Assembly (NCBI GenBank): GCA_039208735.1
Contig: JBCCQY010000096.1
Location: forward strand, 1 to 35,429
Direction of reading: 5' to 3'
DNA: 35,429 nt
Origin: Myxococcota bacterium
GTDB lineage: Bacteria; Myxococcota_A; UBA796; GCA-2862545
The translations under genes were made by a program, and so were the position numbers. Position 1 is the stretch's first letter; every line of letters starts with the position of its first letter. This document shows positions 18,637-28,035 of this stretch, one piece after another. The notes under the pieces are model-generated. The model was not told where the DNA came from, searched no databases, and was given only the letters and a program-made list of their open reading frames with translations.

Positions 18637-20175
18637 TCACGGGTCAGGCAGAATCTTCGATAGTGCGCTCGCTCGGGCGGCAACCGTCGGGCAATACCGG
18701 ATCTGGGGAAACGCATCGCAGCCGTCGAAGCGGTCTGACCGGTAGGTGGCATCCATGGGGTCGAGGAAGCGATGTCGCCACGCGACCTCTCCGGTCGGCC
18801 GATCCACCTCGACCGTGGCCGACAGATCGCCCGGCAAGAAGCTCCAGCAGTCCGGGTGAGCTTCGGTGATGAGGAGCCGGTCTTCGGAGAGGCGGTCGAT
18901 GTCGCCCAACGCCCCTTCGTGCCACTGGGGTTCGGTCCACGTCCATACGAGGGTGGCCGTCATGGTGACTTCGTCGAGTACGTACTCGCTCGCCCGTGAA
19001 TGCGATCGGAAGTTCCGTCCGTTGTCGTACACCAGCAGGCGGTTCCCGTCGACGAGTTCGATTCCGTGCTGGCAGTCCGGGTACTCGCTGTCCGGAAGGC
19101 TCCCGCCTTGTGCATCGCGAAGCGTGAAGTCGCCCCCGGGCCCAAATCGCCAGCGCAGGCGCTCGGTTGCCATGTCGACCGCGATGATCTGGGTCGTGTA
19201 GCACAGGCTCACCACGACCACGGGCCCCTCGTCGGTGTCGAAGACTTCGGCTGCGTTGGCGTGGTACACATCGCCGGTTCCCGTGGGCAACAACCCTGCG
19301 TCCACGCCCTGTTGGCTGTCCCACGACCACGTGACCGCATCCGCCTCGGGGTCCACGAGGCGCACCGTAAAGCCCTCCCAGTCGGGCCCTCCCACGTCGT
19401 TGCGACTCTGGGTGAGGGTCAGAAGACGCCCGTCGGGCAACCGTCGGCCCTCGTGATGGAAGATGAGCGGCTGCGACCCGGGGAATGCCGCCTTGTCGAG
19501 AAGGCTCTGGTCCAGGCCCACCATTTCGGTCGCCCCCTCGCGCGTCCAGCCTCCGCCCCACACAAACCGACCCTGGCCCGCGTAATGGGCGTTGATGGCG
19601 ATCGGCGTACGGCCGGGAAGCTGGTTGTAATACCATCGAAGGTCGCCTGCGAGGTCGTAGACGAGCAACCGATGGGTGACATCGTCTTCGCAATGGCGGG
19701 TGTGGTTCACGATGAAGTGCGGATGGGCGGCGTCGGGTTGCAGGGTGGCGTGGGTTTCGACGGTGGTGGCGGGAATGCGAGGAGGCAAGGCCGTGGTGGT
19801 GAGATCAAAGGCCGTCGGTGCACTTGGAGGACACGTCACGGCGGCCGCACAGCGGTACTCTCGCTCCGCGACGAGGCCCCCCAACGCGACGGTGTGGGTC
19901 ATGCTCACGTCGGCGGACTCCCAGAACAGCTGATCGGAAGGGTCCGCGGCAGCCGTGCATCGCAACGCCACCGGCGCGGCCGTCGAAAGCGTCACGGTCG
20001 CGGTTTGGAGGTTGGCGAGGTCGGGGTGCGGGGTGATCCTCACCGTGGGTTGTGGTGAGGTCCCCGGGCAGACCGGAGCCGAGGTCGAATCCGGTTCGGA
20101 GGGTGACGTGGACGAAACCTCGGTGAGTGGAGGCAACGGTGTTGTGCAGGCCAACAGCCCGACCATCCCCATCAT
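18637..20175 (-). CDS. Aryl-sulfate sulfotransferase-like beta-propeller lipoprotein
   Basis: LLA-C lipobox; FHHE, YHANA, CQHG, LVYDNG, SRASEY and GDIDRL motifs typical of the ASST family; SD AAGGAG. Confidence 0.8.
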   Translation of the reverse strand: MMGMVGLLACTTPLPPLTEVSSTSPSEPDSTSAPVCPGTSPQPTVRITPHPDLANLQTATVTLSTAAPVALRCTAAADPSDQLFWESADVSMTHTVALGGLVAEREYRCAAAVTCPPSAPTAFDLTTTALPPRIPATTVETHATLQPDAAHPHFIVNHTRHCEDDVTHRLLVYDLAGDLRWYYNQLPGRTPIAINAHYAGQGRFVWGGGWTREGATEMVGLDQSLLDKAAFPGSQPLIFHHEGRRLPDGRLLTLTQSRNDVGGPDWEGFTVRLVDPEADAVTWSWDSQQGVDAGLLPTGTGDVYHANAAEVFDTDEGPVVVVSLCYTTQIIAVDMATERLRWRFGPGGDFTLRDAQGGSLPDSEYPDCQHGIELVDGNRLLVYDNGRNFRSHSRASEYVLDEVTMTATLVWTWTEPQWHEGALGDIDRLSEDRLLITEAHPDCWSFLPGDLSATVEVDRPTGEVAWRHRFLDPMDATYRSDRFDGCDAFPQIRYCPTVAARASALSKILPDP

Positions 20176-20238
20176 GCAAGCTCCTTCAACGCGTAGCGGC
20201 GCCTACCTGATAAGCTGCCGCACCATGCAGGAGCCCGG

Positions 20239-21492
20239 TTGATCGACACCGATCCCAGCCGTCGCCGTCGGGCGACGATCATTGGATTGGCGGGTGGCAT
20301 CGCGTTCTTTGCTGCCCTGCCCTTCGTGGTGTTTCACCTTGTGGCGGGAAATGCCGACATGGCCGTGGCCCTGTCGCTTGGATTGGCGGGGGTGCTCAGT
20401 TCGCGAACGCTGCTGCGGGCGGGGCATCTCTCCTGGTCAGGGCACGCCCTGTGCGGCGGTTTCTATGTTTCGACCGTGTACGTAGCCTGGATGTCGGGCG
20501 GCGCGACGCATGCTGCGACCTTTTGGCTTGCCTGCATCGGGTGGCTTGCGTCGCTTGTGAGTGGGCGCCGGGCGGCGTGGGGCTGGCTGGCTCTCGTGCT
20601 CCTTGCGATCGGGGGGCTGGCCTTGGTGCCCCTGCTGCCTCGAATCGACGGGCCAGGAGCGTTCGTGACCAGCGCCTCCGTCTCCAATGGGTTGTTCGTG
20701 GGAATCGTGGGGGCCACCGTCCTGGGCCTTGACCGCGTCATCGCCTGGCTTACTCGAGAAGGGAGCAAGGCAGCGCGCCTCGCCGACCGAGCCAACCGCG
20801 ACAAAGATCAGTTTTTGGCTGATATGTCGCACCAACTCCGCACGCCGTTGACCGCGATCCTCGGCTACACCGAGCTGCTCGAAGAAGACGCACAGGCCGC
20901 AGGGAACGAACGGGCGGAGCGCGACCTTGGACGCATCGGGCTGGCTTGCCGCAGTTTGGTGCCGATCCTGGACGACATCTTGGATGTCGCGCGTGTCGGG
21001 GAGCCCGGCGTGATGGCGTTATCGCCGGGGCCCATCGACATGAGGCGGCTCGAAGCGGAGTTGCGGGCGGCCATCGAGCCGCTGGCCGAAGCGCATGGCA
21101 ACACCCTGACATTCGAGACCGAAGAGTCCAGTTTCGTGCCCATCCTCGATGAGGGCCGTTTGCGTCAGCTTCTGCTGAACCTGTTGGCGAATGCCTGTAA
21201 GTTCACCACCCAAGGCGAGGTGACGCTGCGTCTGTCAAAGGGAACGGCCGGAGCCCTGGATTTCGAAGTGGAAGACACGGGCATTGGGATGGATGCGGAG
21301 CAGCAGTCGAGGGTCTTTCTTCCTTTCGAACAGGCGACGACGACGATCCGCCAGGCCTATGGGGGCACGGGGCTCGGATTGACGATCTGTCGCCGCCTCA
21401 CCGATGCGATGGGGGGAGAACTCGCGGTGCAGAGCACCTTGGGCGAAGGCACGCGCTTTTACGGGCGCCTTCCTGCACGGAGAATCCCATGA
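20239..21492 (+). CDS. Membrane sensor histidine kinase (HisKA + HATPase)
   Basis: Multi-TM N-terminus; H box MSHQLRTPL, N box NLLANACKF, G1 DTGIG, F box FLPFEQ, G2 GGTGLGL; TTG start after SD AGGAG. Confidence 0.92.
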   Translation: MIDTDPSRRRRATIIGLAGGIAFFAALPFVVFHLVAGNADMAVALSLGLAGVLSSRTLLRAGHLSWSGHALCGGFYVSTVYVAWMSGGATHAATFWLACIGWLASLVSGRRAAWGWLALVLLAIGGLALVPLLPRIDGPGAFVTSASVSNGLFVGIVGATVLGLDRVIAWLTREGSKAARLADRANRDKDQFLADMSHQLRTPLTAILGYTELLEEDAQAAGNERAERDLGRIGLACRSLVPILDDILDVARVGEPGVMALSPGPIDMRRLEAELRAAIEPLAEAHGNTLTFETEESSFVPILDEGRLRQLLLNLLANACKFTTQGEVTLRLSKGTAGALDFEVEDTGIGMDAEQQSRVFLPFEQATTTIRQAYGGTGLGLTICRRLTDAMGGELAVQSTLGEGTRFYGRLPARRIP

Positions 21493-22484
21493 GGCTTTTG
21501 GGGGCGGTGGTGGTGACGGCCCTCGGAGCTGCCGTCATCGACGGAGTGGCCTACCGTTCTGGCGGCCTCGAAGGGCCAGCGAGTGGATTTCTCGCCCTCC
21601 TTCCGATGATGGGGGCACTTCTCGAAGGTCGTCGTGGGGCAGCGGTAGGCTTTGCCTTGGCCATTGGGTCGCTCATCGGGCTCGCGGTGGTGCCTCCTGC
21701 GGCGCCTCCGCCAGAGCTGTCTCGCCCGTTAGGGGCTGTGATTCCCGCCGTCCTTGCGGTGGCGGTGGTGGGCCTGGGTACACGGATCGTGGCGATTGGC
21801 GACCGTCTGACCACCGAACTTGAAGCGTCTCGACGGGCGGCCCGAGCGGCCGACTTGGCGAAAACCGAGCTTTTGGCTAACTGTTCGCACGATCTTCGGG
21901 CGCCCCTCAACGCGGTGCTCGGCTACGTGAGCCTGCTTACCGAAGATGCCGAGTCGGAGTCGCAGACGGAGGTCTTGGAGGACCTTCAGTGCGTCCAACG
22001 GGCGTCGCGGCTCCTGCTCTCGCGTGTGGATCGCATGCTCGAGTTGGCGCGCCTCGAGGCCGGGATGGTGAATCTGGCGCCCCAGCCGATCGAGCTGGAG
22101 TCGGTGGTGGCTCGCGCCGTCGATCGCATCTCGGCCACCGGTTCGGTGTCGGTGACCCTCCCCGACGAGCCTCCCAAGGTGATGCTGGATCCCGACGGCC
22201 TCGAACGACTGCTGGTGCACCTGGTCTCGAGCCTCCAGCGGCAGAGCGACCCCGAACCGGTCGAACTGTCGTTGACCCACGATGCCGAGAGTCGGCTTGT
22301 GGTGTCGGCCCAGCGAACCCCCTCCCACGGACCTCACCAGGCGCCTGAACCCACAGGCCCGTGGTCGGACGCGGAGCTTTCGCTCCAGCTGTGTCGCCGG
22401 TTGGCCCTGTTGATGGCGGGGCGGGCATCCGGAGGGCCAGGGGAACCTCGACGGATCGAGCTGTTTGCTCCTAAAGCAGCCTAG
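21489..22484 (+). CDS. Histidine kinase-like protein with intact H box and degenerate ATP-binding domain
   Basis: TM region and SHDLRAPLNAVLG; no N-box Asn, no DxGxG and no GxGLG; ATGA-coupled to the upstream kinase. Confidence 0.8.
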   Translation: MRLLGAVVVTALGAAVIDGVAYRSGGLEGPASGFLALLPMMGALLEGRRGAAVGFALAIGSLIGLAVVPPAAPPPELSRPLGAVIPAVLAVAVVGLGTRIVAIGDRLTTELEASRRAARAADLAKTELLANCSHDLRAPLNAVLGYVSLLTEDAESESQTEVLEDLQCVQRASRLLLSRVDRMLELARLEAGMVNLAPQPIELESVVARAVDRISATGSVSVTLPDEPPKVMLDPDGLERLLVHLVSSLQRQSDPEPVELSLTHDAESRLVVSAQRTPSHGPHQAPEPTGPWSDAELSLQLCRRLALLMAGRASGGPGEPRRIELFAPKAA

Positions 22485-22903
22485 CGGGCCTCTTCCGCGA
22501 CCACCACGAGGACGAGGTCGTAAAAGGTCTGTCGTCGCGGATCCAGTCGTCGGCACGTCCCCACTGCGAGATGCCGTGCCCAGTCGGGAACGGGGACCGT
22601 GGAGGTGTCGAGTTCGTGGCCCGGGGGGAGCGCTACCGCCCAGGTGCGGGCTTCACCGTCGACCACATCGGCCGTACCAAACAGCTGGGCGAGTTCGGCG
22701 GACACCTCGGCGAATTCGATCTTCCCGATGGCGATGTGGGCAACGAGGCCGTCGAGGGCTCGCTCGAGTCTGGGCGCGGGTTCGGGGGAGCTTTGGGGCC
22801 ACCGCAGTGCGATCTGGGTCTTCGCCTCCGTGCGAAGCGCGGCGTTGGCGGGGGGAAGTGCGTAGGCCCCGCTCCACGGCAAGGCGATGATCCAAGGCCC
22901 CAT
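22481..22903 (-). CDS. Hypothetical, probably exported protein
   Basis: Strong SD GAGGAGG; short signal ending AYA; stop shares CTAG with the convergent gene. Confidence 0.6.
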   Translation of the reverse strand: MGPWIIALPWSGAYALPPANAALRTEAKTQIALRWPQSSPEPAPRLERALDGLVAHIAIGKIEFAEVSAELAQLFGTADVVDGEARTWAVALPPGHELDTSTVPVPDWARHLAVGTCRRLDPRRQTFYDLVLVVVAEEAR

Positions 22904-22930
22904 GGACCCTCCTCGAGGCCCACCATAGCG

Positions 22931-23701
22931 CTACTTTGCTGCCTCGAGCTTGCGACGCTCGTTCACTTCGTCGTCTTCCTTACGCCGGCGAAGCGCCACG
23001 CGTTCTTGCTGGGAGACGATCTGCTGGTAATCAGCGTTCTTTTGGGACTCCTCCGTCAACCCGATGCCCAAGAACTCTCCTTCGACACTGGCGATGCGGG
23101 CCTGGATGCGAGCCGGCGTCCCGTCCCACTGCAGCAGCACGTCAACGTCGACCCCGCGGGTGGCCCGAGGGCTCATCCGTCCGGTCTTCATGCAGAGCCC
23201 TTGGCGGGAAATGTCAAGAAGTTCCCCAACCATCTTGGCGCCCCGAAACGTCACCGTCACGGTGACCGGGACTTCGACATCCGCGGGAATCCGGAACAGC
23301 CGTCGCGCGACCACAGAACTGACGGCCTCGGGCACGTCCATCGTCAGCAAAGGCGTCGGGCGCCCTTCGCTTTGGTACCGAAAGGTGTGGCTGCTAAACG
23401 CCGAGCAACTGCCGTCGAAGAAGAAGCTTGCCGTGAGAACCGCTCCGTCGAGGGGAGCTGGGTCCATGGACTCCGACATCGTGAAGGTCACGTGGGTGGA
23501 CGAGACCTGCTTAAACGTGCCCACGAAAGCGCGCTGGGTCAGGGGGTCGGTAATCAGCGCTTCGACCTTCTTTCCCACGCACTTGCGCAGCAATGGACGC
23601 ACCTCATCCACCGCTTCTGGCGCTTCTTCTTCGGGTGCATCCTTTCCTTTCGACCGATTCTCCCCGTTCCTCATGGCGACAACCTCCGGCACATCTTTCA
23701 T
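22931..23701 (-). CDS. PilZ-domain c-di-GMP receptor (YcgR-like architecture)
   Basis: RRLFR (RxxxR) and DISRQG (DxSxxG) motifs preceded by a beta-rich N-terminal domain; start uncertain. Confidence 0.85.
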   Translation of the reverse strand: MKDVPEVVAMRNGENRSKGKDAPEEEAPEAVDEVRPLLRKCVGKKVEALITDPLTQRAFVGTFKQVSSTHVTFTMSESMDPAPLDGAVLTASFFFDGSCSAFSSHTFRYQSEGRPTPLLTMDVPEAVSSVVARRLFRIPADVEVPVTVTVTFRGAKMVGELLDISRQGLCMKTGRMSPRATRGVDVDVLLQWDGTPARIQARIASVEGEFLGIGLTEESQKNADYQQIVSQQERVALRRRKEDDEVNERRKLEAAK

Positions 23702-23737
23702 CGACGCAATCCGGGGGCGGTTGAAGTGGGAGAGGCG

Positions 23738-24079
23738 TCAACGCGAGCCGTAGATCCTCAGGATCCGTTGTGCTTCGTCGCCGAAGTGGGCCCGAACCAC
23801 GGTGAATCCTTCGAGTGCCCGTTGCGCGCGCACATTGAGCACCAGGAACTCCTCTGAATTCCGAATCTGGTCGAGGTGATCCTGGGTCCCTCGCAACAGC
23901 ACGAAGCCATTGAGCTGTCCCCCGTGCGCCCCCAAGAGGATGGGTTCGAAACGCTCCAGGCGTCCCTCGGCGTGTAGTCGCCGGAAGAACGTCAACATCT
24001 CATTCCATAGGTCCACCGCGGAATCGTCTCCACCGGGGACGACCCGGTTCCAACCGATGAGCAAGCCGGCGTCTGCCAT
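23738..24079 (-). CDS. Conserved-looking hypothetical protein (113 aa)
   Basis: SD AAGGAGG before ATG 24079; alpha/beta pattern with HGGQLNGFVLLRG. Confidence 0.75.
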   Translation of the reverse strand: MADAGLLIGWNRVVPGGDDSAVDLWNEMLTFFRRLHAEGRLERFEPILLGAHGGQLNGFVLLRGTQDHLDQIRNSEEFLVLNVRAQRALEGFTVVRAHFGDEAQRILRIYGSR

Positions 24080-24123
24080 GAGGCCTCCTTGGGCCCCAGC
24101 ATAGCCGCTACCGGGCGCGGTCC

Positions 24124-24900
24124 CTACGGGTTGAATTCCAACGGCCAGCTGTCTTCGAAGGGGCCAAAGCCAATCGCCTGGCGCCCCAGCTCGGGCACGT
24201 TGAAGAAAAGCGTCCCTTCGGTGGTGTAGGGCACATCGAAGGACGGTTCCCGACCGGCGAGCAAGTCGTTGAGGGAACTTTCGAGCAGGTTGTCGCCCAG
24301 TCGGAGCAACTCGAGCGGGTCGATCGCAAAGCCCATCGTGATCCGCGTCGTGCCGCCCTCTCGCAACAGGCGCCAATCGTCGTTTTCGTACGTGCCATCG
24401 TCCGAGTCGATGGCCAGGCTCAGCAGCTCGGGTACGGAGGGAATCAGGTCGCCGGGGCCTTGGATGTCGTTGGCGTCCGCTTCGCAGGCGCCTGGCCGAT
24501 CGGCCTCGGCCTGGCAGTCGTCGTCGTTGGGGTCGCAAAACGACACACAGACCGATCCCAGATTGGCGGAGTCGAAGAGCGTCACCCCAAGCAAGGCTTC
24601 GACCATGGGGATGGGAACCGTGATGTTGGGGTTGTCGAGGTCGAAGTTGAGATCGAACTCGAACGCCAGTTCGGGCGACGTCGGTCGGGGTCCGACGGTG
24701 GAACACAACACCGGGCCCAGATTGAGTTCATCGCACTGCCAAGCCAACACTTGGTTGACCGTGGGCGCCTTTCGCAGTTCGACCGAGGTGAGGTCACCGG
24801 TTGGTGCGAACACGTTGCTGTCGCCGATTAGCCCTTCGAGTTCGTCGCAACCGGTGGCCAACACGAGTAGCGTGATTCCAAATCCCATCCGCATGCCCAT
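24124..24900 (-). CDS. Lipoprotein with possible LEA_2/WHy-like fold
   Basis: LATG-C lipobox; FDLNFDLDNPNITVPIP (NPN motif) and VPYTTEGTLFF; SD GGAGG. Confidence 0.7.
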   Translation of the reverse strand: MGMRMGFGITLLVLATGCDELEGLIGDSNVFAPTGDLTSVELRKAPTVNQVLAWQCDELNLGPVLCSTVGPRPTSPELAFEFDLNFDLDNPNITVPIPMVEALLGVTLFDSANLGSVCVSFCDPNDDDCQAEADRPGACEADANDIQGPGDLIPSVPELLSLAIDSDDGTYENDDWRLLREGGTTRITMGFAIDPLELLRLGDNLLESSLNDLLAGREPSFDVPYTTEGTLFFNVPELGRQAIGFGPFEDSWPLEFNP

Positions 24901-24970
24901 CAACGCCTCCCGGCCGCAGCATACCTGTTGTTGAGGAGGCCTCGCGCGGAAGAGTCGTTACGAGGGCGCC

Positions 24971-25435
24971 ATGCGCATCGGCATCGTTTCTGACACCCAC
25001 GGGCTGGTTCGTCCCGAGGTTCTCGCACAGCTCCAAGGGGTTTCGTGCATCCTTCATGCCGGGGATGTGGGGCGACGGTCGGTCCTCGAAGCCCTGACGG
25101 AGATTGCGCCCGTTCACGCGGTGCGCGGCAACGTCGACCGAGGGGCGTGGGCTGAAGGCCTGCCCGAGACCGCGTGGGTCGAGGTGGGCGGCCGCATCTT
25201 CTACGTGTTGCACGACCTCGATGCGCTCGATCTGGACCCGGAAGTCGCGGGCATCGACGTGGTGGTGTCCGGCCACTCCCACAAGCCCTCCTTGACCACC
25301 AAGCGAGGCGTGACCTACCTCAATCCCGGAAGCATCGGTCCCCGTCGCTTCAAGCTGCCCATTGCGATGGCCCACGGTGACATTGGACCGACGGGCGTAG
25401 CGGTGGAGTTGACGATTCTTCAGCGCTTCGACTGA
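24971..25435 (+). CDS. YfcE/MJ0936-family metallophosphoesterase
   Basis: SDTHG, HAGD, VRGNVD, GHSH and NPGS motifs. Confidence 0.93.
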   Translation: MRIGIVSDTHGLVRPEVLAQLQGVSCILHAGDVGRRSVLEALTEIAPVHAVRGNVDRGAWAEGLPETAWVEVGGRIFYVLHDLDALDLDPEVAGIDVVVSGHSHKPSLTTKRGVTYLNPGSIGPRRFKLPIAMAHGDIGPTGVAVELTILQRFD

Positions 25436-25454
25436 GGGTTCCGGTTCGGGACGC

Positions 25455-25727
25455 TCAGCCGCAGGTCAGGATGAAGACCGCATCTTGGTCGTCGCGCTCC
25501 TCGCACTCGACCATGACGTTTTCGTCGTCGCACTCGGCCCCGAGCGCGGTGGTGCAGGCGTCGTCACCGCAGGTCGTCACCCCTTCGCACTGGGCGGGAC
25601 GATCGCCGCAGACCTGCGAGTCCGGCTCGTCGAAGCACACCTGCTCGCCTGTGCAGCCGCAGTTTTCCCATCGGGTCGTGATGTCACCTGTGCAGGCCAC
25701 GAGGCCCAGCAGCCCAAGCATCCGCAT
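25455..25727 (-). CDS. Small cysteine-rich lipoprotein
   Basis: SD GGAGG; MRMLGLLGLVA-C; 10 further Cys in the mature part. Confidence 0.7.
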   Translation of the reverse strand: MRMLGLLGLVACTGDITTRWENCGCTGEQVCFDEPDSQVCGDRPAQCEGVTTCGDDACTTALGAECDDENVMVECEERDDQDAVFILTCG

Positions 25728-25900
25728 GTCTCTCCTCCACGTCTCGGCCAGATAGACACCGCCCGACCGATTTCCGGTCACTGTCTCGCACCGTTCCTGC
25801 CGGCCGGCCACAGGTAGGTCGCGTGGGCCCCGCTTCACGGGTACGCCAAATGAGCACGACGCTTTCGCCGGGCCTTCAGTGGGTTTAGTAGATTCATTCA

Positions 25901-25920
25901 AGTTCAGTGTTGACTGAACT
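25901..25920. promoter_or_regulatory. Palindromic operator overlapping a probable -35 box
   Basis: Perfect AGTTCAGT-GTTG-ACTGAACT in an AT-rich patch; contains TTGACT, with TAAGAA 16 nt later. Confidence 0.7.
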
Positions 25921-25945
25921 ATGTAGCCAGTTAAGAACACGCCTC

Positions 25946-26455
25946 ATGTCAGAGCGTCGAACTGCCCCAATGCCTGCCGCCCTGCTCGATTACATCGAGC
26001 GCGTCGCCGTGTTCTACGAAGCTCACGGCCTTCCCAGAATCGCTGGCCGGATCCTCGGCATGTTGCTGGTGTGCGATCCGCCCGAACGGTCCGCCAAGGA
26101 GTTGGGCGACGAGCTAGCAGCCTCCAAGGGGTCGGTATCGACGATGCTGCGCCTTCTCATGACGGCGCAGGTGGTCGAGCGGGTCGGCAAGGCGGGCTCG
26201 CGAACCACCTTCTATCGATTCCGGGCCAACAACTTCGACACGCTCATCCAGACGCGCATGTCGGAGTACGTGGGCTTCGCGCCGTTGGCCGACGAGGGAC
26301 TCGCACTGTTGGCGGACCTCGGTGCCGACGCCACCCGCACGCACCGCATGCGGGTGCAGCGCGCCATGTATCGCTTCTTGGAAAGGGAATTCGCCGCGCT
26401 GGCCGAACGCTGGCGTGACCAGCGCGATGCCCTCATCGCCATGGAGGAGCCGTGA
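25946..26455 (+). CDS. GbsR/MarR-family transcriptional regulator
   Basis: GLPRIAGRILGMLL and the winged-helix ELGDELAASKGSVSTMLRLL; overlaps the ABC ATPase start. Confidence 0.88.
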   Translation: MSERRTAPMPAALLDYIERVAVFYEAHGLPRIAGRILGMLLVCDPPERSAKELGDELAASKGSVSTMLRLLMTAQVVERVGKAGSRTTFYRFRANNFDTLIQTRMSEYVGFAPLADEGLALLADLGADATRTHRMRVQRAMYRFLEREFAALAERWRDQRDALIAMEEP

Positions 26456-27312
26456 TTGAGGTCGAGAACCTGAACTTCACCTACGATGGCGCGAAGCGAG
26501 CCACCCTCCGCGGGCTCGACTTCGAGATCCCGGAGGGCCGGATCTTTGGCTTCTTGGGACCGTCTGGTTCCGGCAAGAGCACCACGCAGAAGATTCTGTA
26601 CGGGCTTCTGCGCACGTTCGAGGGCACGGTCCGCGTGCTCGGCCGAGACATCCGCGAGTGGGACGCCCAGATCTACGAGCAGATCGGCATCTGCTTCGAA
26701 CTCCCCAACCACTACTCTTCGCTCACGGTGCGGGAGAACCTCGAGTACTTCGCGACCCTGTATGCCACGGATACTCACCCGGTCGACACGGTGCTCGAAT
26801 GGGTCGACCTAACGGACGCGTCGGAGCAGCGGGTGTTGACCCTCAGCAAGGGCATGAAGGTGCGCCTCAACGTTGCTCGGAGCATCCTCCACAAGCCCCG
26901 GCTGCTCTTCCTCGACGAACCGACGGGCGGGCTCGACCCTGTGAACGCGCGACGCATCAAGGATCTGGTGCTTCGCCTTCGCGATGAAGGCGCCACGGTG
27001 TTCGTGACCACGCACGACATGATGGTGGCCGACGAGCTGTGTGATGAGGTCGCATTTCTCACCGGCGGCCAGATCCGCGCCCTCGACGCTCCAGAAGTGC
27101 TCAAGAAGCAGTACGGTAAGCGGTCCTGCGTGATCACCACGCTGGTCGATGGCGCCTCGACACGCCACGAGTTCCCGCTCGACCACCTCGGCGCACAGCC
27201 CGCGTTCCGTCAGCTGCTCGACGACGACGTACGCATCGAAACGATCCATTCCCAGGAGACCACGCTGGATCGGATCTTCATCGAGGTGACGGGCGAGGAG
27301 CTTCCCGCATGA
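26452..27312 (+). CDS. ABC exporter ATP-binding protein (fluoroquinolone-exporter-like)
   Basis: Walker A GPSGSGKST, signature LSKGM, Walker B LFLDEPT, H-loop TTHDM. Confidence 0.95.
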   Translation: MIEVENLNFTYDGAKRATLRGLDFEIPEGRIFGFLGPSGSGKSTTQKILYGLLRTFEGTVRVLGRDIREWDAQIYEQIGICFELPNHYSSLTVRENLEYFATLYATDTHPVDTVLEWVDLTDASEQRVLTLSKGMKVRLNVARSILHKPRLLFLDEPTGGLDPVNARRIKDLVLRLRDEGATVFVTTHDMMVADELCDEVAFLTGGQIRALDAPEVLKKQYGKRSCVITTLVDGASTRHEFPLDHLGAQPAFRQLLDDDVRIETIHSQETTLDRIFIEVTGEELPA

Positions 27313-28034
27313 ACCGTCTCTTCTCCACGATCCGCAAGGATGCGCTTCTGCAGGTTCGGTACCACTTCTACACGATCGCGTTGGGGCTTGCGGCGCTGGT
27401 GGCGGTCGTGTTCTGCATCACGCTGACGGCTGAGCACGTCCATGGGGCAGCCTCTGCCGCCATCCTCTTCCTCGTCGGCGGCACCACGTTCGTCTTCGTG
27501 GGGGGCCTCATCCTCGACGAAAAAGAGAAGGGAATCCTACAAGCGCTGATCTATTCCCCTCTTCGAACCATCGAATATCTGGCATCCAAGGTGATCACGT
27601 TGACCGCTCTTGCCACCGTGGAGGTTGGAATCTTGCTGGGGATCCCGATCGCCTGGTTTGCGTGGAGCGAGAGCGCCTCAGTACCCCACATGCCGGTTCT
27701 GTTCGTCGGCATCGTGGCGATCAACCTCCTCTACACGCTGCTGGGCCTGGGCATCACGGTTCGGTTCCGTTCGATCACCGACTACCTAATTCCAGTCATT
27801 GCGGTGATGATCGCCCTTCAGCTCCCAGCGATCTACTTCCTTGGGTTGTGGGAGCACCCGGGGTTCCTGTTGATTCCGTCGAGTGCCCCTGTCATGCTGA
27901 TCAAGGGTGCCTTCGAGCCGATCGCTTCGTGGCAATGGGCCTTCGGAGCGGTTGCCACCCCTCTGTGGCTGAGCGCGCTCGCCGTGTGGGCGACCCGCTC
28001 GTACGACACCTTCATCGTGCAACGGATGAGCTGA
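27309..28034 (+). CDS. ABC-2 type permease
   Basis: About 6 TM; ILDEKEKGILQALIYSPL..EYLASK motif. Confidence 0.88.
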   Translation: MNRLFSTIRKDALLQVRYHFYTIALGLAALVAVVFCITLTAEHVHGAASAAILFLVGGTTFVFVGGLILDEKEKGILQALIYSPLRTIEYLASKVITLTALATVEVGILLGIPIAWFAWSESASVPHMPVLFVGIVAINLLYTLLGLGITVRFRSITDYLIPVIAVMIALQLPAIYFLGLWEHPGFLLIPSSAPVMLIKGAFEPIASWQWAFGAVATPLWLSALAVWATRSYDTFIVQRMS

Positions 28035-28035
28035 C

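Noticed and set aside
22571..23857. Long antisense or alternative-frame ORFs (also 5590-6690, 10938-11996, 28012-29418, 30697-32136)
   Set aside because: These are shadow ORFs expected in high-GC DNA opposite well-supported genes; they are Arg/Gly/Pro-rich with no motifs.
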